Position numbers and translations under genes: made by a program. A stretch of DNA of 64,000 bases from Candidatus Microgenomates bacterium (lineage in GTDB: Bacteria; Patescibacteriota; Microgenomatia; UBA8517; JACQJR01), in contig JACQJR010000001.1 of assembly GCA_016204995.1 (NCBI GenBank), positions 241,132 through 305,131 of the forward strand, given 5' to 3'. Below, piece after piece: positions 27,860 to 37,511 of the stretch (position 1 is the first letter of the stretch; every line of letters starts with the position of its first letter). The notes under the pieces are model-generated. The model made no database searches. It worked only from the letters and a program-made list of their open reading frames with translations, and was not told where the DNA came from.

Positions 27860-29317
27860 TTATTGAATCTTCGCCACTATGGATTTGATTTCAGTGGAAA
27901 GAATATCTTTCGGAATACCGCCTAAATCTTCATAGAAAACTTTGAGGTTGAAATCGTGATATAACAATTGCAGGGCGTCGGAATTATTTAAAATATAAGC
28001 AGCTTGGCGGGAACTACCTCCCCAATCGCCAGAAATTTTCGGGTAACTGGGATCATTTACGAAATAAACTATGGCACCCTTGGGTAAAGTTGGATAAGTA
28101 GTTAAAACGTTATTAATTAATTTCTCGGCAATCCTACCACGAACTGCCGCCGGATAAGTTCGATCACCCAATTTAATTGACGTCACTGACAACACCACCA
28201 AAGAAGTAATTAAAATCACTTTCAATAAATTCATTTTATTAGAGAAAATTAGATAACCTATCACTCCCCAAAAAGCCGGCAGGGCTGGTGCTAAATAGTA
28301 AGTTGATTTATGAAGTGGAAGTAAAATTACCGGCGAGATAGCTATGGGAAACCAAAATAGTAGAAAGATAAATTTTTTGTCTAGTAAAGCTGATTTATTT
28401 TTTCGCCACAAGTTAATTATAAAAATAATTATTAATCCGATTGATAAGAAAAATGCCGGGAAAATAATTTTAAAATAATCTCCCCAAAATTTCATTAAGT
28501 TTGGATTAAGCGATAACTTGGGGCCAATAAAATCAATCAGCATTTCCGGCATACCCGCCGCCCACACAGTGTACCAGGCAAAGGAATTAATTATTTTTGG
28601 CAGAGAAAATACTGCCTGGTATTGAGCATCTTTTTGTAAAAGACCAATTTTGACAAAATCCAGATAGATAAAAATTAACAGTATCAGGAAAAAAGGCCAG
28701 ACCATTTTGATATTTTTTCCTTTAATCCAAACCATTCCCAGCATCAAGAAAGGCGTGGTAATTGCCAACTCATGCGAGGCTAGTGATAGTAGAAAAACAA
28801 CTAGCGATAAAATCCACCATTTTATTTTTCCCTCTTGGAGATATTGCCACCAGCAAATTAGAGTTAAGAGCATGAACATGGTGACTCCCAAAGCTTGAAT
28901 TCCACCGGCCAAATAATAAAGCAGTGCTACATTCGCAGCAGTTATCCTAAAGAAAAAAGCTGTGAATAGCGATAAAAACTTTTTGGCAAAAATTTTCTGC
29001 ATTAATGTATAAACCAGTACTGTATTAATTAAATGAATGGATATTGACAGTAGGCGAAATGGTAAATGATTAAGACCGAATAATTGATAATAAATATTAA
29101 ATAATCCTTCCCGGAAAACAGGCCGGTAAAAGGCATAGCCTCGCTCGGAAAAACTGGGAAAGCCAAATAAATTGATAAAACTTTCTAGCTTGCCATCAGT
29201 TAAACTGGCTTTAAAATGAAAAAAATCATCCTGGGAAAAATAAACTCCCAAAACGGGAGAATAAATCCACAAAACAAAAAGGCAGACTAAAATAAGAGGC
29301 CACCACCTACTTAACAT
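27860..29317 (-). CDS. polytopic membrane protein, putative GT-C fold glycosyltransferase
   Basis: 485 aa; 'FSQDDFFHF...GYAFYRPV' acidic first loop; many TM helices. Confidence 0.45.
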   Translation of the reverse strand: MLSRWWPLILVCLFVLWIYSPVLGVYFSQDDFFHFKASLTDGKLESFINLFGFPSFSERGYAFYRPVFREGLFNIYYQLFGLNHLPFRLLSISIHLINTVLVYTLMQKIFAKKFLSLFTAFFFRITAANVALLYYLAGGIQALGVTMFMLLTLICWWQYLQEGKIKWWILSLVVFLLSLASHELAITTPFLMLGMVWIKGKNIKMVWPFFLILLIFIYLDFVKIGLLQKDAQYQAVFSLPKIINSFAWYTVWAAGMPEMLIDFIGPKLSLNPNLMKFWGDYFKIIFPAFFLSIGLIIIFIINLWRKNKSALLDKKFIFLLFWFPIAISPVILLPLHKSTYYLAPALPAFWGVIGYLIFSNKMNLLKVILITSLVVLSVTSIKLGDRTYPAAVRGRIAEKLINNVLTTYPTLPKGAIVYFVNDPSYPKISGDWGGSSRQAAYILNNSDALQLLYHDFNLKVFYEDLGGIPKDILSTEIKSIVAKIQ

Positions 29318-31058
29318 GAGAAAGTTTAAAACTGTGTTTTCTTTTCCACAAGATACGAAGCAAGATAAACCAAGAAATTAAGGAAATCATATTACCCACA
29401 GTGCGAATAGGAGTATTAGTCAGTCTCACTTCCAGTTTATGATCTCCCTGGGGAACCAATAAACTAATTCTAGCTAAATCATCCTTAGGCAGAACTTTAA
29501 TTTCTGTCTTTTTGCCATCTATCCAGGCTTTCCAATTAGGAAAGTTGAAAATATTAACAACCACTGTCGCATTATCAGAATTAACCTTTATGTTAGTTTT
29601 TAACCAGTTCGTACCTTCTTTTGTTTGACTAAATTCAGCCTTACCACTGTCTATCTCCAATGGTTCTTTACGAGCTGACTGTGGGGCAATTCTAGCACCC
29701 TTTGGCAAGTAATCATAAATACCGGCTGTTTGCTGCAGTCTCCAAGCCTCTCCGGAAAATTTTTCCTGATCTGTGACCGGCCCGGTTCTTTCTACTCTAA
29801 AAAAGTTGAAATTAAAAATAATTAAAAATATTAGTAACGCAGAAATAATTGCTTTGCCTATCACACGTAAAGGAGCTAGTAATACGACAAGGGCTCCGGC
29901 TAAAAAGCTTAAGGAAAAAATAGTCAAAGTTAAAAAGCGCCAGGGGAATTGGACTATAGACAAAAATGGAAAGGTTAACCAAATCGGCGTAGATCGACTA
30001 TGAGCCATAAAGGCTGCTCCAATACCCACCACCAGCAGAAAACCAACCAAAGCTACCAAATTAAGGTTAAATTTCTTTTTCTTTTTAAAAATGATGCTCG
30101 CTATAGTGAGCACTACAATTACCAAAGCCAGTATCCAATGAACATGGCCGACGGGAAAAGCCATTCCGTCTCCATCCATCCAGACCGAAGCCCCATAGCC
30201 CCAAAAACGAGAGAAGAATAATTGCTTAAAAGTGGCAAAATGGGCAATATACTCATAATATCCTTGAGTCAAAGTCTCCACATGTACTAAATTTTTCTCA
30301 AAAAAGACCGGCAAGGTAAAAAAGGCTGCCAGTCCTATTCCCCAAATTCCCCCTATAGCCAGCATGGGTACTTTATTAAATTTACCTGTGCGCCATAACC
30401 ACCATAGAGACCAGACCGCCAGGACCGGCGTAAATATCAGAACCATGATGTTATGTGACAACAATAATGCTGCCCAAGCAAGAGCTAAAATCATCACCCA
30501 TTTCAAAATTGAAGACGGGTGATCCCGCTTAGCGGGAGCAGGACTCGTCGAAACAATTAATTTATAAGTGCTCCATAAAAGTAAAGGAAACCAAACTAAA
30601 GCCCAACTCTCATTCATAGCTCCCCTAACAAAAACATCTAGGGCATGATATGGCGCCCAAATATAAAAAGTCGCCGAGACTACCCCACCAAAACGTCCCC
30701 AAAATTCTTTGGCCAGTAAATACATCGTAAAACCAGAAAGCATTATGCTTAGTAAAAAGATAATTTTGGCAACCTCGGTAAAATGAAAACCGACTAGTCT
30801 AAATACTTGTCCAACAAGATATGGCAATGGAGGATAATAGTTAAATAGGGGGAAACCGTAGCCATATCCCATATCCGGCACCCAACGGCAAGGGATTTGT
30901 AAGTCTTTAAAACATTTCTCAAGTTGTAGTTGTCTCATCATCTGCAAATCATCATGCATGGGAAAATATCCCGGCAATAATAAATCGCGTGAGGCCAAAA
31001 GACTAATAAAAATTAGCAGTATAGGTACCCAAAATTTCGTCAACCACTTAACTATCAT
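29307..31058 (-). CDS. PTPS-related (PF10131-like) polytopic membrane protein, putative GT-C
   Basis: 583 aa; 'PMHDDLQMMRQLQLEKC' HDxxxH/R N-terminal loop; paralogue of 60472..62103; carries 12-aa in-frame mini GC element. Confidence 0.5.
   Translation of the reverse strand: MIVKWLTKFWVPILLIFISLLASRDLLLPGYFPMHDDLQMMRQLQLEKCFKDLQIPCRWVPDMGYGYGFPLFNYYPPLPYLVGQVFRLVGFHFTEVAKIIFLLSIMLSGFTMYLLAKEFWGRFGGVVSATFYIWAPYHALDVFVRGAMNESWALVWFPLLLWSTYKLIVSTSPAPAKRDHPSSILKWVMILALAWAALLLSHNIMVLIFTPVLAVWSLWWLWRTGKFNKVPMLAIGGIWGIGLAAFFTLPVFFEKNLVHVETLTQGYYEYIAHFATFKQLFFSRFWGYGASVWMDGDGMAFPVGHVHWILALVIVVLTIASIIFKKKKKFNLNLVALVGFLLVVGIGAAFMAHSRSTPIWLTFPFLSIVQFPWRFLTLTIFSLSFLAGALVVLLAPLRVIGKAIISALLIFLIIFNFNFFRVERTGPVTDQEKFSGEAWRLQQTAGIYDYLPKGARIAPQSARKEPLEIDSGKAEFSQTKEGTNWLKTNIKVNSDNATVVVNIFNFPNWKAWIDGKKTEIKVLPKDDLARISLLVPQGDHKLEVRLTNTPIRTVGNMISLISWFILLRILWKRKHSFKLSHVK
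30514..30549. repeat. GC-rich palindromic element, short form C' (in-frame within PTPS-related gene)
   Basis: GACGGGTG-atCCCGCTtAGCGGGag-caGGACtCGTCG; termini as in A/B around a perfect 6+6 palindrome; encodes 'STSPAPAKRDHPSS' absent from paralogue 60472..62103. Confidence 0.5.
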
Positions 31059-32298
31059 ATGAATTCTTTCTTAAAAGTTTGATAACTAAATATAAAGAGG
31101 CAGCGGCAAATATACTTCTGGCTATACTTTTAAGCAGGAAAATATCTGTATACTTACCCAGAAATTCCGACAGAGATGGCGCTTTGGCTAGATCAGGCCA
31201 AACAGGAGAAAAAAGACCATAAGATAGAGATGATTCAAACATTAAGGTAATAAAAAGCCAGCATAACGATAGTACTACAACCAATTCTATAACTTTGAAT
31301 TTACTTTTTACCATTATGTAAATGAGCAAAGGTGTCACCCAGATAAACCATTGTGGATGATAATGAGTCACAGAAAATATTAAAAGCAGTATGGCTAAAA
31401 AATAGGCAGGAATCAACTCCTTGTTTTGTTGGTAATAGGAGTAGAAGTAGATAACAAAAAGGATCAATATAAAAGGCAGTATTCCCTCTGCGCCGGAGAC
31501 AGGCCAATTCATAAATAGCATTTTTTGACTCTTAGGCGCAAAAAGAACCATCTCTCTGAAAGCAGGAGAACCTATAAAGGGCAAGGCAAATAGCACAAAG
31601 GGCAAAACCCCAATGGCTATTTTTTTTAATTTATCTGCTAGAGTTGTTCCTAGAGAAAAAGCTACTGGTAGAACCAATAGTAGAGGAAAAGTTTTATAAG
31701 CCGCTCCTATGCCCAATGCCAAAAGACTTAGGTTTCCCTTCCCTTTCTTGATCAAATATAAAGCTAAAACCACAAAAAAAGTTGGTAAAATATCCAATTG
31801 ACCAATCATAAAGCTAGTATAAAGCGTAATAGGGTTAAACATCCATAAAGTAAAAGCGATTTTTTTATTTCTCTCTTGGGTAAATAATCCTGCCAGTAAA
31901 AATGCTAAAGCTATGTCAAAAAAGAGGTAAGGAAATTTAAAAATAAAAAGATGCCAGTAAAGACCATTAAAATCATACATTTTGTCCACCCCTTGCCAGA
32001 GCATGGGAATAAAGTTAGAGTCAGTAATTGGGACCACCAGCCATCTAAAAATCCCTAGGGTAAAGTAGGTTAATGGGGGATAAATAAAAATGTCACCAAT
32101 GCCAAAATTTTTTACTAAGGGATGATCCGAAGGTAAATTAGCAAGATGTTCATAAATATTTGACCTGCCCTCATAGGCAAAAAAATAAGCTGTGAAAGAA
32201 TGTCCCAGTAAATCGGGATGGAAAGTAATCGGCATTAAAACTAAACGCAGTACTACGCCAATTACTAGAATGGTTTTTGTAAAACTATTAATCTTCAT
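31048..32298 (-). CDS. polytopic membrane protein, DUF2029/GT87-like
   Basis: 416 aa; 'HPDLLGHSFTAYFFAYEG'; paralogue of 4931..6184. Confidence 0.45.
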   Translation of the reverse strand: MKINSFTKTILVIGVVLRLVLMPITFHPDLLGHSFTAYFFAYEGRSNIYEHLANLPSDHPLVKNFGIGDIFIYPPLTYFTLGIFRWLVVPITDSNFIPMLWQGVDKMYDFNGLYWHLFIFKFPYLFFDIALAFLLAGLFTQERNKKIAFTLWMFNPITLYTSFMIGQLDILPTFFVVLALYLIKKGKGNLSLLALGIGAAYKTFPLLLVLPVAFSLGTTLADKLKKIAIGVLPFVLFALPFIGSPAFREMVLFAPKSQKMLFMNWPVSGAEGILPFILILFVIYFYSYYQQNKELIPAYFLAILLLIFSVTHYHPQWFIWVTPLLIYIMVKSKFKVIELVVVLSLCWLFITLMFESSLSYGLFSPVWPDLAKAPSLSEFLGKYTDIFLLKSIARSIFAAASLYLVIKLLRKNSYDS

Positions 32299-33898
32299 TT
32301 TGGGAATTTAATGCTCTTTCAGTCACTTCAAAAAGATATAAATAATCTCTTTCCCCATAAAATAAGTACTGATGTGTATCTGTTCTGGCCCGTTTAGCCT
32401 TAGGATAAGATGATACAACCGCAAGACCTAGTTTCTCTGCTTTTTTGGCAGCTTGAGTCGCGTCTATTTCAAATTTCTCTAACATCCTTGAGCTATTTGC
32501 TACTAAATAAACCTTATCCCCTGCTTTTTTGGCATTTTTTAGCTGTTCCGGTACTTCGGTAATACTTATTCCCACTCCGATAACGACAATCTGGGGAAAT
32601 TTTTCCAGGTAAATCTGCAAACCATCCGGCAAAGTACCGAAGTAACCCTCTGTGCCAATAATTATTTTTTTACCTGGTTCAATCGGCTTACTTTTAATGA
32701 AATCGGCAATTTCGCGAATTCCTGTCCCCGCCGTCCATTCCTCTAAATATCCAGATCTTTCGCTTTGAGGCAGGGGAGCTGTTTCTGGATTCGTTACCAG
32801 CCTATAATTAATCCACAAAGCTTGACCTATAAATATCAACAGGGCAGCCAGCGATAAAAACTTAGCTATTTTATTTTTAACTAAAAATGGGATTGCGGTC
32901 AAGATAGCCAGAAACGGTAAAGAAAAAAACATATAGCGAGCGGTAAATACCTTGGCAAATTCTGCTTGAACTACAATTGGCACAGCCGCCCATAAAACCA
33001 CCAAGAGAGTTTTCCTTAAATTGTTTTTTAAACCAATCAGAATGCCAAACAAAACCCCGATTAAGAAAATGTTAGGACCTAGTATCCATAACCACTCTTT
33101 AGCTCGATCAATATGGGGCATAAACGGATCAAGGGAATTAGTCCATAAATGGCTTAATGGTAAAACATAATCCTGATTACGAGTCGCTATCAAATTAAAA
33201 TTAGGCCCGAGTCTCAAGATGTTGTAAATACCATAGGCTAGTCCATAAATAACTATAAATAGCAATATTATTTTAATTAATTGATATAATCTTTGGCTAT
33301 TTTTTTTAGGCCACTTGGCTAAAAGTAAACTAACAGGAAGTAATAAACTAAAAAATAAAGCCGGTGATTTGGTAATTAAAGCTCCACCAAGAGCAAAACC
33401 AGCAAGCATTGCAAAATCTAGCCTTAAAGTCCTAACCGTTAAAATACCGAAAAACAGCGTCCAAACACCAAACATAGCCAGCATGGAGTCAACGAGCGCC
33501 ATTCGATCAAAAAGTACCGTAAAGGGGGAAATAGCATAAATTAAAGAGGCAACTAACGCAGTTTTGCGTGAACGGAAAAGATACAAAGTTAGAGCAAAAA
33601 TTCCTATTAAAGTAGCAAATCCTGCGGCGACTGAAACCATTCTTCCTGCTACTAAAGGATCTGAAAACAACTTAAAAAGGGGAATAATTGACCACATAAA
33701 AAGCGGTTGTTTTCCATCCGAGAGTGGCAGGAAACGCAAAGTCGGCTCGTTCCTCATCACTTGCGCCCATCTGATATAAATTGCCTCATCAACAAAAACC
33801 GGTAAAATTGTTAGATTAACAATGCGCAGGAAAAAATAAAGAAGGATGATAGCGCTCCCGGCTAAAATTACAAATTTGTATTTGAAAAATATACTCAC
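32288..33898 (-). CDS. GT-C fold membrane glycosyltransferase (ArnT/GT83-like)
   Basis: 536 aa; 'LPVFVDEAIYIRWAQVM' DE-loop, N-terminal TM bundle plus C-terminal soluble domain. Confidence 0.55.
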   Translation of the reverse strand: MSIFFKYKFVILAGSAIILLYFFLRIVNLTILPVFVDEAIYIRWAQVMRNEPTLRFLPLSDGKQPLFMWSIIPLFKLFSDPLVAGRMVSVAAGFATLIGIFALTLYLFRSRKTALVASLIYAISPFTVLFDRMALVDSMLAMFGVWTLFFGILTVRTLRLDFAMLAGFALGGALITKSPALFFSLLLPVSLLLAKWPKKNSQRLYQLIKIILLFIVIYGLAYGIYNILRLGPNFNLIATRNQDYVLPLSHLWTNSLDPFMPHIDRAKEWLWILGPNIFLIGVLFGILIGLKNNLRKTLLVVLWAAVPIVVQAEFAKVFTARYMFFSLPFLAILTAIPFLVKNKIAKFLSLAALLIFIGQALWINYRLVTNPETAPLPQSERSGYLEEWTAGTGIREIADFIKSKPIEPGKKIIIGTEGYFGTLPDGLQIYLEKFPQIVVIGVGISITEVPEQLKNAKKAGDKVYLVANSSRMLEKFEIDATQAAKKAEKLGLAVVSSYPKAKRARTDTHQYLFYGERDYLYLFEVTERALNSQNED

Positions 33899-35238
33899 TC
33901 TTTTAATATTAATATTTTGTCACGGTCTGCTGCAAGAACCTGATATCTATTTTTGGCGATTTTAGCTCCATCTAACCTTTCCTGTTTAGTAATTAATAAA
34001 GATTGCTCCTTCTGGTTAAAAATTTCTGGTATGGCTGTGCTCCAAATCTGCTGCACATTTTTCTGACTGTAGAAAACCGCCACTGGATAAAAATCTCCAT
34101 CAATATAAAACCTGTATGGATAATTATGCGCCTTACTAGAAAGAATTGCTTCATCGGAAACAAAAGCCGGTATATCTACAAATTGATACCAGGCTTGTCT
34201 AATTTGCATAAAGGAAAAATAAATTCCCACCGATAAAACCATGAGTGACACCAGCCATTTATTTTTAATCACCTTTTCTATTAAAACATAAGCAAGACCG
34301 AAAAATACCAAAGTTAAAATTGGATAAAGGGGTATTAAGTGCCAAATCTGGCCTCTCTCTGAAAAAAGAAAAGGCATAAAAAATATCATGGCAAAAACCG
34401 TTAAGATTAAAAATCTTTTTTGTAAAGTCAGAATTCCTAAAATTAATCCTAAAATTCCCGGCCAGAACCATTTCCCGACCCCGCTATGCAGATATTCCTT
34501 AATTAGCAAAAAATTCTGTAGGATCGGCTCCCCTACTTTCACTCCCGGCAAACCGATTTTAAAGTAGTAATTTAACATATCAGGACTTGCTCCCAGCTGT
34601 AAGACAAACCACAGAATAAACAATGATAAAGGAAGAATAAAAGGCCAAATAAAATCCCATATTTTAAATCTTTTAGCTCGCCAAAAAATAATTAATAAAA
34701 TTGGTGGGATGGTAAATGGCACGACTGTTTTAGTCAGTAATAACAAGGCCAAACTGATAGAAAATGGCCATAGGTATAATTTTTGCTTGGCGGCTTTAAT
34801 GGCTAATAATATGGTTAATAAAAAGAAAAAGGTTAAGAGAATATCTAGATTACCCGATCGGGCCCGATATAAAAACCAAAAGGTTGAGGGTAAAGCTAAG
34901 GCCGAGGCAAAACCTACTGTCCGGTTAAAAAGCTCCTTACTAAGAAAATATAAAACATAAACGCTGGCCAAGCCTAATAAAGCAGAAGGAAACCTAGCCC
35001 AAAACTCGCTAACTCCAAAAATCTTAAAAATAATGGCCATTAGCCAAAAACCAGCCGGTGGATGATCTACGTAAGAGCCACCGTTCCAGGTTAAATGAAA
35101 AATATCACCACTATTTAAAATATTTCGGGCAATATCCGCATACCAAGCCTCGTCCCAACTAACCAAAGAAGACTCTCCTAATTTATAGAAAAAAAGCGGA
35201 GCCAGAAATGTAAGTAAAATTAGGGGAATAAATTTCAC
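33895..35238 (-). CDS. GT-C fold membrane glycosyltransferase, GT39/PMT_2 (ArnT-like)
   Basis: 447 aa; 'SLVSWDEAWYADIARNILNSGD...DHPPAGFW' textbook ArnT/PMT_2 N-terminus. Confidence 0.7.
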   Translation of the reverse strand: MKFIPLILLTFLAPLFFYKLGESSLVSWDEAWYADIARNILNSGDIFHLTWNGGSYVDHPPAGFWLMAIIFKIFGVSEFWARFPSALLGLASVYVLYFLSKELFNRTVGFASALALPSTFWFLYRARSGNLDILLTFFFLLTILLAIKAAKQKLYLWPFSISLALLLLTKTVVPFTIPPILLIIFWRAKRFKIWDFIWPFILPLSLFILWFVLQLGASPDMLNYYFKIGLPGVKVGEPILQNFLLIKEYLHSGVGKWFWPGILGLILGILTLQKRFLILTVFAMIFFMPFLFSERGQIWHLIPLYPILTLVFFGLAYVLIEKVIKNKWLVSLMVLSVGIYFSFMQIRQAWYQFVDIPAFVSDEAILSSKAHNYPYRFYIDGDFYPVAVFYSQKNVQQIWSTAIPEIFNQKEQSLLITKQERLDGAKIAKNRYQVLAADRDKILILKE

Positions 35239-35250
35239 TTTCTAATTGTA

Positions 35251-35994
35251 TCAATATTTGCCCGTTAAATCATTCCATCTAATTCTTACCATATCACGGA
35301 TGGCATCAAGCGAATCTTTGATTAACTGCACCCGCTCTGTTCCCACATAATGCCATATAACCTGCACTTCGGCAATTTTAAAACCCGCCTTTTTGGCCAA
35401 AAAAAGTGTTTCTATGTCAAAACCGGCATGAACCGCCGCTCCTGTTGCTCGCATCTTCTGCCATGACTGCTGCAGTTTAGGAAAAATTGCCTGGCGCGAT
35501 TTAATATTAAAAGCCTTAAAGCCACATTGTGTATCTAAAAATGGTAAGCCTAAAATAATGTTACGAAGTTGGGCAAAACCCCAGGCAGCCAGTCTTCGCA
35601 AGATGGGAGCACCCTGTCGGCCATGCCTTGAACCGATTACAATATCATAACCTTCCTGAAATTTAGCTAACAATTTTTCCAGTTGATGCAAAGGGGTAGC
35701 CTGATCCATATCAGTGAACAATGCTATTTCCCCTTTGGCAGCCAATAATCCAGATATCACTGTAAGAGCTTTACCGCCGTGAGGGTTTTCAATTAATTGA
35801 TAACCCCTTTTCCCGCGCATCCAACCTTTGATTAACTCTTTAGTTTTATCCGTTGAGCCATCATCAACTATTAACACTTCAAATAGGTAATTTACTCCTT
35901 TCAAATAATCATTCACTTCATCTAATACTCCCTTTTTGAGATTTTTTTCTTCGTTGTAAGCGGGAATAATAATAGATAGGTATAAATTTTTCAT
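35251..35994 (-). CDS. GT2 polyprenol-phosphate sugar synthase (DPM1/ArnC-like), soluble
   Basis: 247 aa; 'LSIIIPAYNEEKNL...VLIVDDGSTDKT...FTDMDQATP'. Confidence 0.75.
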   Translation of the reverse strand: MKNLYLSIIIPAYNEEKNLKKGVLDEVNDYLKGVNYLFEVLIVDDGSTDKTKELIKGWMRGKRGYQLIENPHGGKALTVISGLLAAKGEIALFTDMDQATPLHQLEKLLAKFQEGYDIVIGSRHGRQGAPILRRLAAWGFAQLRNIILGLPFLDTQCGFKAFNIKSRQAIFPKLQQSWQKMRATGAAVHAGFDIETLFLAKKAGFKIAEVQVIWHYVGTERVQLIKDSLDAIRDMVRIRWNDLTGKY

Positions 35995-37511
35995 TTTATT
36001 CTTTCTCTTCTCTGAATAGTAATACCACCGAATTTAACTTCGGTGAGCACTTTACCTATCCCTTTTTGTCGAAAGAGCCATGCCGCGAGCCTCTCCGGAT
36101 GCGGCGGATCTTCTTCATATAAAGTATAAAGTAGAGGTATCTTTTCTGCTACTGGAGTTTGGTGATATCTGGTAGTTCCCCGCCATAAAAATAAATAATC
36201 ATAGGCGTGGGGTATAACTGGAGGTACATAAACATCCAGACCAAAATTACGACCGGCGGTATCTTGATAAACCCAATCCACAGCTAATTTTTGATTCCCC
36301 AAAACTATACTGTCTGGATTGTTAATGTTGCTATTTAAGTGTCTCCCTAAAATAGAACCATTATCTTGTAAAAATAGCCATAGAAATAACCCTAAAATTA
36401 GTTTACCGATCTGCGTAGAATTAATTGAAGTAATAATCACCGAAAAAATCAAAACAAATATTAAATAGTAACCTGTAAAATAATAACTGTATATAATACC
36501 ATTATTTCCCCGGAAGAAAAGCAAACCAATAAGAGGCAAAATTAAAAGTGTTAAAAGAAGAACAAATTTATCATTACTTAAAAAACGCTTAATATTGGCA
36601 AGCAAAATTACCAATATTAAAAAACTGAAAATCTGAATTAATTTGGAATTGGTGGGAAAAATAAGTGGACCAAAAGTATCAAAGTAAAGAGGGAAACGTC
36701 TTTCTAGTAACCAAGCGGTCGTTTGATTAAAACTTTTTTGCTCAAATAAAAACTGACTAATATTATGATAAAGTAATCCTCCATGACGGAAATCAAAAAC
36801 AATCTGAGGTAAGAGAGTTATTAAAAAAAGTGAAACTGAAATTAAAAGTATTTTTTTATTGGGTAACTTTCGCCGTTGTCTGCTTCGCAAGGCGAGCCAG
36901 AGGGAAAAAATTAACACTGCCGGCAGGTAAAAGACTTCGGCAGCGCTGCCAAATTGCAAAGCCAAACCCAACATTAAGGCAATCAAAATCCAAACTACCG
37001 TTTGGCCCTTTAATACCAAAAACATTCCTAAAACCAAAAGCATGCTGATTAAAAGCATCGGAGTGGGATTTGACAGCCAACGCGAAGCATATACTAATTG
37101 AAAAGAAAAAGCAGAAATCACCGCCGCTACTATTCCTGTCACGCGGCCCCCCACCATTACTCCTATTACATAAATCAGTAGGGTAGCAGCAACTGTAGTC
37201 AAAGACAAAAATACTGATGGCCAAACCGGATTGCCGTTACCCAAGAGATAAAACGGGGCAATTAACCAGTAATACCAGGGTCCGCGAAAAATACCCTCTA
37301 TTCCAGTAGTTGGACCAATCAAAGAAATTTTACCTTGATGCCAAAGCTCCCAAATAATCTTAGCATCCCTTCCTTGATCATAGTAAAAACCAAGTAATTC
37401 ATCAATTCTCCATACTCTCAGTAAAAAAGCTGCGATTAAAATCACGACCAAAAACAAACTAATTATCTTTTTATTAAACATCTTATTTTCTCCCTTCAAT
37501 CCACTCTTCAA
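35991..37511 (-). CDS. GT-C fold membrane glycosyltransferase ('DQGRDA' family)
   Basis: 506 aa; 'FYYDQGRDAKIIWELWHQGKISLIGPTTGIEGIFRGPWYYWLIAPFYLL'. Confidence 0.5.
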   Translation of the reverse strand: MKSGLKGENKMFNKKIISLFLVVILIAAFLLRVWRIDELLGFYYDQGRDAKIIWELWHQGKISLIGPTTGIEGIFRGPWYYWLIAPFYLLGNGNPVWPSVFLSLTTVAATLLIYVIGVMVGGRVTGIVAAVISAFSFQLVYASRWLSNPTPMLLISMLLVLGMFLVLKGQTVVWILIALMLGLALQFGSAAEVFYLPAVLIFSLWLALRSRQRRKLPNKKILLISVSLFLITLLPQIVFDFRHGGLLYHNISQFLFEQKSFNQTTAWLLERRFPLYFDTFGPLIFPTNSKLIQIFSFLILVILLANIKRFLSNDKFVLLLTLLILPLIGLLFFRGNNGIIYSYYFTGYYLIFVLIFSVIITSINSTQIGKLILGLFLWLFLQDNGSILGRHLNSNINNPDSIVLGNQKLAVDWVYQDTAGRNFGLDVYVPPVIPHAYDYLFLWRGTTRYHQTPVAEKIPLLYTLYEEDPPHPERLAAWLFRQKGIGKVLTEVKFGGITIQRRERIK

